This document shows positions 1 through 7,756 of a DNA stretch of 64,000 nt, piece by piece. Numbering within the stretch: the first letter of the stretch is position 1; each line of letters starts with the position of its first letter. The stretch covers positions 219,968-283,967 of the forward strand of contig CAZMIZ010000001.1 in assembly GCA_964566925.1 (NCBI GenBank). Direction: 5' to 3'. A program made the translations under genes and the position numbers. Source of the stretch: an uncultured Gammaproteobacteria bacterium (GTDB taxonomy: Bacteria > Patescibacteriota > Microgenomatia > PFEM01 > DATLAM01). The notes beneath the pieces were generated by a model. The model was not told the origin of the DNA and did no database searches. It saw nothing but the letters and a program-made list of their open reading frames with translations.

Positions 1-1
1 C

Positions 2-955
2 GCTAAGCTTTTAACGGAAAAAGTGGATGTTTTTGAAACGATTACCGAAGAAGACGTTAAAGAAGACGAAAAAGCTACTTCCGAACTCGCCAAAGAGCTT
101 GAGGTTTTAGCCACTTTATCTGATAAGACGATTACTGATCCGGTCAGAATGTATCTTAAAGAAATCGGCCGGATCCGTCTTTTAACTGCTCAAGAAGAGG
201 TTGATCTAGCCCAGAGGATTGAAAAGGGGAGTATGGCTGCCAGAAAAAAGTTGACCCAATCTAACCTCCGTTTAGTTGTTTCCATTGCCAAGAAGTATGT
301 TGGCCGAGGAATGAGCTTTTTAGATCTGATCCAAGAGGGAAATCAGGGTTTGATGCGGGCGGTGGAAAAGTATGATTGGCGGCGGGGTTATAAGTTCTCC
401 ACTTACGCTACTTGGTGGATCAGACAAGCAATCACCCGAGCCATTGCTGACCAGGCGCGGACAATCAGGATTCCGGTCCATATGGTAGAGACAATCAATA
501 AGCTCATCAGAACCTCTCGAAAGCTAATGCAGGAGTTAGGCCGAGAGCCGACTCCGGAAGAAATTGGTGAGGTGATGGAGCTAGATCCGGGTCGGGTTCG
601 GGAGATCTTTAAGATCGCTCAAGACGTTACCTCTTTGGAAAAGCCGGTGGGGGATGATGAAGATTCACTTTTAGGTGATTTCATTAAAGACACCAATACG
701 CCGACGCCTTATGATACCGCCTCAAAACAGCTTCTTAAGGAAAACATTGAGGAGGTCCTGGCCACCCTTTCCGACCGCGAGGCCAGGGTTCTCAAAATGC
801 GCTTTGGTTTGGACGGCCATCGGCCGATGACTTTAGAAGAAGTGGGCCGAGAATTCGGGGTCACCCGCGAGCGAATCAGGCAAATTGAGGCTAAGGCCCT
901 ACGAAAGCTAAAGCACCCCTCGCGGAGAAAGAAACTTCAGGATTATTTGGAGTAG
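2..955 (+). CDS. rpoD: RNA polymerase primary sigma factor RpoD, 5'-truncated by window
   Basis: [11 protein letters not shown] (region 1.2), [59 protein letters not shown]; frame is open back to the window edge. Confidence 0.97.
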   Translation, partial: AKLLTEKVDVFETITEEDVKEDEKATSELAKELEVLATLSDKTITDPVRMYLKEIGRIRLLTAQEEVDLAQRIEKGSMAARKKLTQSNLRLVVSIAKKYVGRGMSFLDLIQEGNQGLMRAVEKYDWRRGYKFSTYATWWIRQAITRAIADQARTIRIPVHMVETINKLIRTSRKLMQELGREPTPEEIGEVMELDPGRVREIFKIAQDVTSLEKPVGDDEDSLLGDFIKDTNTPTPYDTASKQLLKENIEEVLATLSDREARVLKMRFGLDGHRPMTLEEVGREFGVTRERIRQIEAKALRKLKHPSRRKKLQDYLE

Positions 956-958
956 AAA

Positions 959-1312
959 ATGAGTAGCCCAGAGCGACCAGGAACAATTCCGGATGCCCTA
1001 AGGATTCTAAGGAAACAGCAAAGAGGAGTAGGGAAAAAAGGATCGAGGACTCATGAAGAGACCTATTTAGATCGGGCGGCAAAATTAAAGGCTTTAGAGC
1101 TGGGCCCTTGCCGAACATGCCCGGTCCTGATCATTGGCTTGAAAGGAGAGGGAAGATTTGTAGAAGTAAGCCTAAGATGTAAGGGTGGCTTATCCCCTTT
1201 AGACCTGCACCGGCCCTACGTGAGTAGACTAGGAGAGATACCCGAGTGTGATTTTTTGACTTTTTTAAATGAGAGTGCTAAAGCTAGAGTTCCAGAGGAA
1301 AACTTGATATAA
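959..1312 (+). CDS. hypothetical protein (CxxC)
   Basis: 117-aa ORF 3 nt after rpoD stop; CRTC motif; no family recognised. Confidence 0.55.
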   Translation: MSSPERPGTIPDALRILRKQQRGVGKKGSRTHEETYLDRAAKLKALELGPCRTCPVLIIGLKGEGRFVEVSLRCKGGLSPLDLHRPYVSRLGEIPECDFLTFLNESAKARVPEENLI

Positions 1313-1363
1313 TAAAGAGGCTTTAACAATCCGCGGTAGCTCAATGGTAGAGCGACCGGCTGT

Positions 1364-1911
1364 AGCACTTTGACAGTGGATTTCGTAAAATAAAGGTATG
1401 GCAGATAAGCGCAGATATAAAGACAGAGCTGGATATTTGATTAAAGCGGTAGCAAAGCGCCGTAAGAGACTCAAAGAAAAAGCTGTCGATTATAAAGGTG
1501 GAAAATGTAGTTTTTGCGGTTATGATAGAGTGATTGACGCTTTAGAGTTTCATCATCTCGGCGCGGGTAAAAAAGATTTTGGCTTGTCTCAAAGAGGATT
1601 AACTCGTTCTTGGAAAAGGATAAAAGAAGAGCTTAATAAGTGCATTTTAGTATGCGCTAATTGCCATAGAGAAATCCACGCAGGAAAATTGCAGCCTCCG
1701 AAGGAAACTTCGGAGTGAAAACCGGGTGAATTCAGGGAAGCCTGAGGGGAAATTATAAACCGTGGTAATCCTGAGCCAAGCCCGCGAACATTTGGGTTCG
1801 GGGAAGGTGCAGAGACTAGGTGATTACACCCATGAGCGCCCGGCGCCTAAAGGCTCGTTAGTCTAAGGCGATGAGATAGTCCACGCCTTAATGAAAATTA
1901 AGGGTTAAGTG
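1364..1911 (+). ncRNA. group I self-splicing intron (IC3-like core) in tRNA-Asn anticodon, position 35/36
   Basis: P1 GGCTGT(1358-63)/GCAGCC(1691-96) with U.G at splice site; P2 GAAA hairpin 1697-1714; P3 1722-28/1837-43; P4 1731-36/1770-75; R GCAGAGACTAG 1809-19; S GAGATAGTCC 1873-82; P9 1886-1903; terminal G1911. Confidence 0.93.
1398..1718 (+). CDS. intron-encoded HNH homing endonuclease
   Basis: CSFC...LEFHH...CILVCANCHREIH zinc/HNH pattern; lies in the P1 loop and overlaps IGS and P2. Confidence 0.88.
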   Translation: MADKRRYKDRAGYLIKAVAKRRKRLKEKAVDYKGGKCSFCGYDRVIDALEFHHLGAGKKDFGLSQRGLTRSWKRIKEELNKCILVCANCHREIHAGKLQPPKETSE

Positions 1912-1945
1912 TAACCGGTTGGTTGCTGGTTCGAGTCCAGCCCGC

Positions 1946-1971
1946 GGAGCCAGTTGGAACTTATTATACCT
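1946..1971 (+). repeat. direct repeat copy 1 (attL-like; includes tRNA-Asn 3' end GGAGCCA)
   Basis: GGAGCCAGTTGGAACTTATTATACCT; 24/26 identical to 4492-4517. Confidence 0.8.
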
Positions 1972-1982
1972 AAAAAATTATT

Positions 1983-2297
1983 ATGGTAAGAAAGAAAAAT
2001 ACCAGCTCAAAACAAGGAAGAATAGACGCTAAAGCAGCTAGCATAATTGCCAAAGATTATTATGAAGAAATTACTGGTAAGGGTGAATATACATTGAGCT
2101 TGGAAGAAGTGGAGCTTTCTGAAGACGAAAAATATTGGTATATTACAATATCTATTCATACTCCAACCGCATCTCCACTCTTTGTAAGTCAAGGTTTCCA
2201 TGAAAAAATAGCTTATAAGAAGTTCAAAATAAATGCAGAAACAGGAAAGGTTTATTCGATGAAAATGATTCAATATCCTCTTGCGCCCATTAAATAA
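1983..2297 (+). CDS. small protein coupled to PIN gene (putative antitoxin, PepSY-like beta fold)
   Basis: LEEVELSED..WYITIS...YKKFKINAETGKV; stop overlaps start of PIN gene (TAATG). Confidence 0.6.
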   Translation: MVRKKNTSSKQGRIDAKAASIIAKDYYEEITGKGEYTLSLEEVELSEDEKYWYITISIHTPTASPLFVSQGFHEKIAYKKFKINAETGKVYSMKMIQYPLAPIK

Positions 2298-2785
2298 TGA
2301 AGCTTATTTTAGACACTCCTGTACTTTTGCTATACATGGTTGGCATTTATGATTCTGATTACATCTCTTCTTTTAAAAGAACCCATCAATATTCGAAGGA
2401 AGATTTCGTTCAAGTATCTAATATTGTTGATTCTGCAAAGGAGTTATACTTGACACCCCAAATTCTAGCTGAGCTTTCAAATATGTCGTTTGAAATTCCA
2501 GGGGGTAGGTTGAAGAAATATCTACTTAACTTGATTAAAAACTTGTCTGGTTGTAAGGAAGGATATGTTAAAATGCAAAAGCTATTAACAAAACCTAACC
2601 TAATAATTAAAGTAGGTTTTACGGACCTTTCTATTATCGAGCTATCTAAAAAGGAAAAATGTACAATCTTGACAGACGACTTTCGTTTTAATGGAATTGC
2701 TGTAGCTAGTGGTTGTAAATCTTACAATTTTACACAAATTCGAGGATTGAGTTGGTTTGACATTTATCCTCTTAGATTACAGTAG
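2297..2785 (+). CDS. PIN-domain (VapC-like) ribonuclease
   Basis: LILDTPVLL, ILAE, FTDLSII, ILTDD acidic PIN motifs. Confidence 0.8.
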   Translation: MKLILDTPVLLLYMVGIYDSDYISSFKRTHQYSKEDFVQVSNIVDSAKELYLTPQILAELSNMSFEIPGGRLKKYLLNLIKNLSGCKEGYVKMQKLLTKPNLIIKVGFTDLSIIELSKKEKCTILTDDFRFNGIAVASGCKSYNFTQIRGLSWFDIYPLRLQ

Positions 2786-3001
2786 TTGCAATAGATACTT
2801 TCTTGATTTTCTCCCTCAATTCTTGCACAAATTTGAAATCTTCAAAAACCTTGACTATCCTTCGCATAAATGCTTCGGATTGGCAAGTAGTATAGAAAAA
2901 CTCTTGGTTTTTTCGAGCGAATATGGGAAACAAGGTTCTTGAGCCTAGTGAAAGATTCTTATATTAAAGTTACGCCCTTCGAGCCGATGATAACGGAGCT
3001 C

Positions 3002-3030
3002 TTTACAGAGTTTTTGTTTTTAGGTATAAT
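3002..3030 (+). promoter_or_regulatory. sigma70 promoter TTTACA-N17-TATAAT
   Basis: hexamers at 3002-07 and 3025-30, 17-nt spacer. Confidence 0.7.
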
Positions 3031-3036
3031 CAACAA

Positions 3037-3210
3037 ATAGAGAGGGGATGGTGAATTTGACCAAATTTTTGACCCCCCTCGTGCGGGCTTGACTTGTACG
3101 GATATCCGTGCCATGTTGTTGGCCGAGGTTAAATAGCCAACAAGAGAGCCTAACTTGATGCCCGCTTCCAATAAAAACAAAAAACCTCTTTAATAGGGGC
3201 TTTTTTGTTT
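3037..3210 (+). ncRNA. candidate structured small RNA (~170 nt)
   Basis: own promoter, GC-rich stems (GAGGGG/CCCCTC; GCGGGC/GCCCGC; GTACGG/CCGTGC; TTGTTGGC/GCCAACAA), intrinsic terminator at 3' end. Confidence 0.55.
3175..3210 (+). terminator. intrinsic terminator
   Basis: AAACAAAAAACCTCT-TTAAT-AGGGGCTTTTTTGTTT. Confidence 0.7.
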
Positions 3211-3224
3211 TGGTAAAATAAGGT

Positions 3225-3818
3225 ATGAAAAATAAAAGGGATTTATGGATTGAAATGTCTATTAGAGAGACATGGACACAGTGTCGTTTTGCCGAGATTG
3301 CTTATTCTCATATTAATCCTAAAGCCAGGAGGCCTACCGATTTAGTGTTTTCTTCGATCCACTCATTTTTATCTCATTGTGCGATGGTTTCAAAAATGCT
3401 GAAAGCTCGTTATAGTTCTACGCCAAAATCATTTTTCGCTAAGTTGTTAGAGACATTCCGAAGAAATAAAAGGAAGAACCCAATGATTGGTCAAATATTG
3501 AGTGTTCCATTAAGCTCAGTGGTTCATAACAGAAACTTTAGAAACAGCCTAGAACATTATGATAAAGAGCTAAAGAAATGGATTAAAAAATATCCGCCAA
3601 CGATAAATATTGGTACACACAATATTGGCCCAAAAAGCATGTTTAAGGGGAATATTGTCTTCGTCAGTCACTACGATCCAACAAACGATACTTTTACATT
3701 TGTTGATGATGATTTTAACTTGGGTGAATTAAACGAAGAGGTTAGTGAGATTAAAAATCTAGCGGATGGGTGGATAAAGAAAGTCGAGAGAGGCATACTT
3801 AAAACGCCTTTTATCTAA
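3225..3818 (+). CDS. HEPN-like protein (RNxxxH motif)
   Basis: helical protein with FRNSLEHYD; TGnTAAAAT 5 nt upstream of ATG. Confidence 0.6.
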   Translation: MKNKRDLWIEMSIRETWTQCRFAEIAYSHINPKARRPTDLVFSSIHSFLSHCAMVSKMLKARYSSTPKSFFAKLLETFRRNKRKNPMIGQILSVPLSSVVHNRNFRNSLEHYDKELKKWIKKYPPTINIGTHNIGPKSMFKGNIVFVSHYDPTNDTFTFVDDDFNLGELNEEVSEIKNLADGWIKKVERGILKTPFI

Positions 3819-3843
3819 GTTTAAGACCTAGAAAGGCAAAGCT

Positions 3844-4378
3844 ATGGCAAAATCGCGAACAGATAAGTGGTATAAAAAGGAGATCAGACATTTAATTATT
3901 AATCTTAAAAAAAGAGTTGATTAAAAGTGTTGCTCTTAAAAAAGACCAAAAAAAACTATTACAAAATGTTTTGTATGTTCATAATAGTGTCGAAAAAGGT
4001 CTTAATTTAATGATTACGACTAAGCTTTTGCAACCAATTGTCTCCAAGCCAGGTGATAAGGCTGAAGATTTAATGAAAAGGGTGTTAAAACATGTAAGGA
4101 CCGGCCAAATAGTCGGGATGATAAATTTTCAAAGAAAACTTAAAATTGCCAAAGACTTTAGCTTGCTCTCGTCTTCAGAAATAAAGACGTTCTCTCACCT
4201 AAATGACCTTAGAAATGATTTTGCCCACTTTAGGTCAAAAAATATTAAAGACGATTTAGTCTACTACCACAATTCATATAAGCTTTTACTAAAGGCAAGA
4301 GATCTAATAAATTCCCTAGTGGAGAAAACTCTTGCTGAAGAAAATATGGCAGTTTCCCCAGGAGAATGGTCTTCCTAG
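3844..4378 (+). pseudogene. MtlR-like HEPN protein with +1 frameshift in A7 tract 3907-3913
   Basis: ATG 3844 frame (MAKSRTDKWYKKEIRHLIINLKK) joins the 3917-4378 frame if one A is removed; LNDLRNDFAH motif. Confidence 0.55.
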
Positions 4379-4491
4379 GATTAGTGTCTTTTGCTTTTAT
4401 TAGGAAGTTTTTAGGAATTGATAGCTTGCCGGATAACTTGGGAGGGCTAAAAAGTTTTCAGTAAACCAGTTTCGAAGATTGTATGCGGTTT

Positions 4492-4517
4492 GGAGCCAGT
4501 TGGAAGTTATTATCCCT
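4492..4517 (+). repeat. direct repeat copy 2 (attR-like)
   Basis: GGAGCCAGTTGGAAGTTATTATCCCT. Confidence 0.8.
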
Positions 4518-4562
4518 TTTAAATAACTTGGATGTCCCATTCTTTGCGAGTAAAATAAAATT

Positions 4563-4895
4563 ATGAAAGTTAATCTGGTGCCAAAAACTAAACTAGGTAA
4601 GTGGTCGCTTGGGCTTATAATTGCTATGCCGATCTTGTTTTTCATTGGTTCATCATTCACCAACTCTTTGTATCAATCAGTTTCTTCGGGGAGGACTATT
4701 TTGGAAGACATTATTAGAAGACCGGCCTTAGCTCTGACAATGCTTTCGGGAATGGTTACCGGAGTTTCAGCCTTTTTCGTGGGGATGATAGCGATAATAA
4801 AAGAAAAAGAGCGGGCATTGTTAGCCTATGTCGCGACTTCAATCGGGCTGCTGTTTATGTTATTTCTCATGGGTGAGGTCCTATTTCCCCATTAG
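4563..4895 (+). CDS. three-TM membrane protein
   Basis: three hydrophobic segments; TAAAAT 6 nt before ATG. Confidence 0.75.
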   Translation: MKVNLVPKTKLGKWSLGLIIAMPILFFIGSSFTNSLYQSVSSGRTILEDIIRRPALALTMLSGMVTGVSAFFVGMIAIIKEKERALLAYVATSIGLLFMLFLMGEVLFPH

Positions 4896-4940
4896 CGATT
4901 TCCTCCCTCAATCCCTGCACTCTTTTATTGATGATAAATA

Positions 4941-5759
4941 TTAAGATGAGGGTTGTTTAAACAGGCGTTGAGCTTCGTTTCTAGCTTTCTTGAGTAAGGC
5001 CGGGGGCAGTTTTTCTTGGGCATCCTTTGTCAGTAAATCATGGCTAAAAACAATTCCCCTGCGAAGGATTTGTTTTCTTTCATCGTTGTTTAAGCTGCTA
5101 AGACAAGTTACCGGGTGGAGGTTGCTTTTCTCAATCAGAAAGCGGAGGCTTTCTTTGGGTGGGTAATCCCAACTAAGAACCATTAATTTGACGCAGCGAG
5201 CATATTTAATTGCCTGACTGGTGACTTTGGTGTTGGTGACCAACCAGCCTTGATTAAATTGACCGGCTTGAGCCACATCCAAGAAGCGGGCTTGGGTGTA
5301 AAGAGCGTCCTTAACCTTGCTTTTGGTTCCCGGCCGATTATGAAACTTGCATTCAATCATCCAAGATTGGCTTCCCTTTTGAGCAATGACATCAATTTCG
5401 TGGCTAATACAGCGCCCTTGAATAACCTGATTGATTTCAGTCCGATAATCCTGACGGGAGAGCACCCCGGCCACGAATTTTTCAAAAGGATAACCAGAAG
5501 GACCCAAGGACATAATCGCTTCCTTAAGATTATATTTTAGAGACAGGGGGTGTTTTAACTGATTAAGTAAACGATAAACTTCCTGGTAGATTTTTTTGGT
5601 GGGAATACCGTCGTAAAGTTGTTTTTGAAGATGAGCCAGAATTTGGCTAATGAGCGCTTCGTCAGCTCCGGCTCTTTGTAAAGAGCTTCTCACTTTTTCT
5701 TCTGAGAAAGGTTGATACTCTCCTGAGGCCTTTTTTACTCTTGTTTGGGAAGCCTTCAT
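4941..5759 (-). CDS. ATP-cone + Mrr-like restriction endonuclease domain protein
   Basis: N-terminal VKKASGEYQPFSEEKV ATP cone; GYPFEKFVA, HEIDVIA...IECK PD-(D/E)xK motif. Confidence 0.85.
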   Translation of the reverse strand: MKASQTRVKKASGEYQPFSEEKVRSSLQRAGADEALISQILAHLQKQLYDGIPTKKIYQEVYRLLNQLKHPLSLKYNLKEAIMSLGPSGYPFEKFVAGVLSRQDYRTEINQVIQGRCISHEIDVIAQKGSQSWMIECKFHNRPGTKSKVKDALYTQARFLDVAQAGQFNQGWLVTNTKVTSQAIKYARCVKLMVLSWDYPPKESLRFLIEKSNLHPVTCLSSLNNDERKQILRRGIVFSHDLLTKDAQEKLPPALLKKARNEAQRLFKQPSS

Positions 5760-5821
5760 AGATGAAAGTATACCCCAGGGAGGGAGGATAATTCAAAAAG
5801 ACCTTCAGGAATCAAAAGAGG

Positions 5822-5849
5822 GGAGCAGGGCAATTATTATGTTAAAATG
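5822..5849 (+). repeat. 28-bp direct repeat copy 1 (contains extended -10)
   Basis: GGAGCAGGGCAATTATTATGTTAAAATG; 25/28 identical to 7046-7073. Confidence 0.7.
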
Positions 5850-5855
5850 AAAAAT

Positions 5856-6302
5856 ATGAGGATCATGATATCTGGCAGTATGCAATTCGCTAGACAAATG
5901 CTTCAGGCTAAAAAGAAATTAGAGAAGATGGGTTTCAAAGTTCAACTGCCTTCTGACACAGAAAAATTCATTAATGAACCCAACTACTCTACTGATAATC
6001 ACGAAGAAAATTATAAACACTGCCTAGAAAATGACATCATGAAGACAGATATGAAGTCGGTAGTTAAAAGCGATGCCATTCTTGTATTAAATTATCCAAA
6101 ATACAACCTGAAAGGTTATGTAGGGGCATCAACTTTGATGGAGATTGGTTTAGCCTATTATCATGGCAAAAAGATTTTTATTCTCTTCCCCCCGCCCAAA
6201 CTTAAAGAAGCCAGATACACTCACGAGCTATTAATTATGCAGCCTCACATCTTAAATGGAGATCTGAATAACATTAAAAAATTTCTTTCAGAAGGTCAAT
6301 AA
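5856..6302 (+). CDS. nucleoside deoxyribosyltransferase-like Rossmann-fold protein
   Basis: IMISGSMQF, SDAILVLN, GYVGASTLMEIGLAYY; start moved to ATG 5856 (7 nt after TAAAAT). Confidence 0.7.
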   Translation: MRIMISGSMQFARQMLQAKKKLEKMGFKVQLPSDTEKFINEPNYSTDNHEENYKHCLENDIMKTDMKSVVKSDAILVLNYPKYNLKGYVGASTLMEIGLAYYHGKKIFILFPPPKLKEARYTHELLIMQPHILNGDLNNIKKFLSEGQ

Positions 6303-6374
6303 GCTAATTCTAACTTTGCCTACGACGGGGAGCATTTGCTACGGATTTCTTCGGATTGTGGAGCTCAGATTTTT

Positions 6375-7004
6375 CTAGTTGACCTTTAGGCTAAGTAAGC
6401 TGGTTGTTCGGCTATTGACTTGGTCGTTGGTAATGCTGTTAACATCGATCGAGACATTCTGGGAAATTAATCTTTCTAAGTTTTCGGCATTTTGGACTCT
6501 TTCCTCAAGATTATCAAAATCTTCCCGGGTTCGGAGTTCGGTGTGTCTATCTTTAATGTTTAAAACTCCCTTGGGACCAATTCGTATATCAGCGTAGATA
6601 AGAACGAGCGACTCAAGATCATTTTCTTTAATCAACCTAGGAATATAACTCCATTCTAGATTGTCAACCAGTTGGACCGCTTTTGGGCTACAGCCAATTT
6701 CTTGACAGATTTTAACTGAAGCCTGATGCTCGGCTTCACCATAATCTCTTTTTAAACGCTCTTGGAGTTCCGCAAGACGAGCAATTTCTTCTGGGGAAAG
6801 ACCGAAGTCAGCCTGCTTGGCTAGATCAAAGGTCATTGGTTTAGCCAGATCATGGAAAATCGCCGCCTGAACAATGGCCTTTCTATCGACTTCCGGGCCA
6901 GTCCAGTGCTCGAGAAGAATATCAGCAAAGGCAGCTGTTCTTAACATATGCTCTCCAAGGTTCTCCGGAATGAGATAGGCCTGGTAGACCTCTTCGGTAT
7001 TCAT
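6375..7004 (-). CDS. HD-domain protein
   Basis: EHMLR, FHDLAK, EH, YAD HD-superfamily motifs. Confidence 0.8.
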   Translation of the reverse strand: MNTEEVYQAYLIPENLGEHMLRTAAFADILLEHWTGPEVDRKAIVQAAIFHDLAKPMTFDLAKQADFGLSPEEIARLAELQERLKRDYGEAEHQASVKICQEIGCSPKAVQLVDNLEWSYIPRLIKENDLESLVLIYADIRIGPKGVLNIKDRHTELRTREDFDNLEERVQNAENLERLISQNVSIDVNSITNDQVNSRTTSLLSLKVN

Positions 7005-7045
7005 TGTTTATACAATAACAGATAAGTTGCCAGTTTGAAAGCGAT

Positions 7046-7073
7046 GGAGTAGAGTAATTATTATGTTAAAATG
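7046..7073 (+). repeat. 28-bp direct repeat copy 2
   Basis: GGAGTAGAGTAATTATTATGTTAAAATG. Confidence 0.7.
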
Positions 7074-7078
7074 GAGAC

Positions 7079-7444
7079 ATGGATATTTCAATCTTCTTCG
7101 CCAGACTCTGGGGTAGTTTCTTTGTCACTTTTGGCTTGTTGTTTATTATCACCAAGCAATTAGGTAAAACTATTGAGATGACGGATGATAAGGCTTTTGT
7201 CATTTCAACAGGCTATATTACTTACTTAATGGGGCTGGTGACTGTTATCCTACACAATGTTTGGGTTTTAGATTGGCGAATAGTTATCACTATCCTGGGT
7301 TGGTCAACCTTAATTAAGGGGATATTAAAAATTGGCTTTCCAGAATATATCCATAAACAGGCTCAGACATTTAAAACTAAACAGATTTTCAGCACTATTT
7401 TCTTACTTCTTTTGGGAGCTTGGCTCTTTTGGGTGAGTTTGTAA
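7079..7444 (+). CDS. four-TM membrane protein
   Basis: hydrophobic, HNVW..DWR.VITILGW..LIKG motif. Confidence 0.75.
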   Translation: MDISIFFARLWGSFFVTFGLLFIITKQLGKTIEMTDDKAFVISTGYITYLMGLVTVILHNVWVLDWRIVITILGWSTLIKGILKIGFPEYIHKQAQTFKTKQIFSTIFLLLLGAWLFWVSL

Positions 7445-7523
7445 ATAGTTGTCAAACAAAACCAACTCCAGTTTCCTCCTTGTTTGCCACCAGGCAGTCT
7501 TGAAACATTGAAATTTGCTGTTC

Positions 7524-7552
7524 TGGACAAATGGGATAATCTGTGTTATAAT
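7524..7552 (+). promoter_or_regulatory. sigma70 promoter TGGACA-N17-TATAAT with extended -10
   Basis: hexamers 7524-29 and 7547-52, TG at 7544-45. Confidence 0.7.
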
Positions 7553-7558
7553 CCTCTC

Positions 7559-7736
7559 AACAGGTTTAAATCAATAAATCTGTTTAAATAGATTTGAGTT
7601 TTTAAGAGTAAAGATAAAGATACCCAATTTTTTACTTCGTATCTTTCTTCATTTTAAAGATAATTTTTCATTTAGGCAGATTTATTGATTTAAAAAGCCC
7701 ACTTCGACGAACCCAGTGTAAACTGGGGCTTTTTTT
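7559..7736 (+). ncRNA. candidate rod-like small RNA (~178 nt)
   Basis: 25-bp stem 7565-7589/7670-7694 (two G.U pairs favour + strand), inner stem 7616-23/7639-46, terminator 7712-7736; no ORF. Confidence 0.6.
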
Positions 7737-7740
7737 ATTT
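7712..7740 (+). terminator. intrinsic terminator
   Basis: CCCAGT-GTAA-ACTGGG followed by GC and T7. Confidence 0.75.
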
Positions 7741-7756
7741 GTGGTAGAATCAGGCC

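Larger units (their letters stand above)
1330..1952 (+). tRNA. tRNA-Asn(GUU), intron-split; exons 1330-1363 and 1912-1952
   Basis: Joined exons TCCGCGGTAGCTCAATGGTAGAGCGACCGGCTGT|TAACCGGTTGGTTGCTGGTTCGAGTCCAGCCCGCGGAGCCA give a full cloverleaf, anticodon arm ACCGG-CT-GTT-AA-CCGGT, encoded CCA. Confidence 0.95.
1953..4517. mobile_element. AT-rich genomic islet at tRNA-Asn 3' end, no integrase
   Basis: bounded by 26-bp direct repeat; visibly more AT-rich than flanks; toxin-like cargo. Confidence 0.65.

Noticed and set aside
1370-1391. TTGACA as -35 of the HNH promoter
   Set aside because: Only 10 nt from TAAAAT; spacing incompatible
3126-3160. Pistol ribozyme-like words (TTAAATAG, CCTAA..TTGAT)
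   Set aside because: Required P1 hairpin with complementary pseudoknot loop is absent
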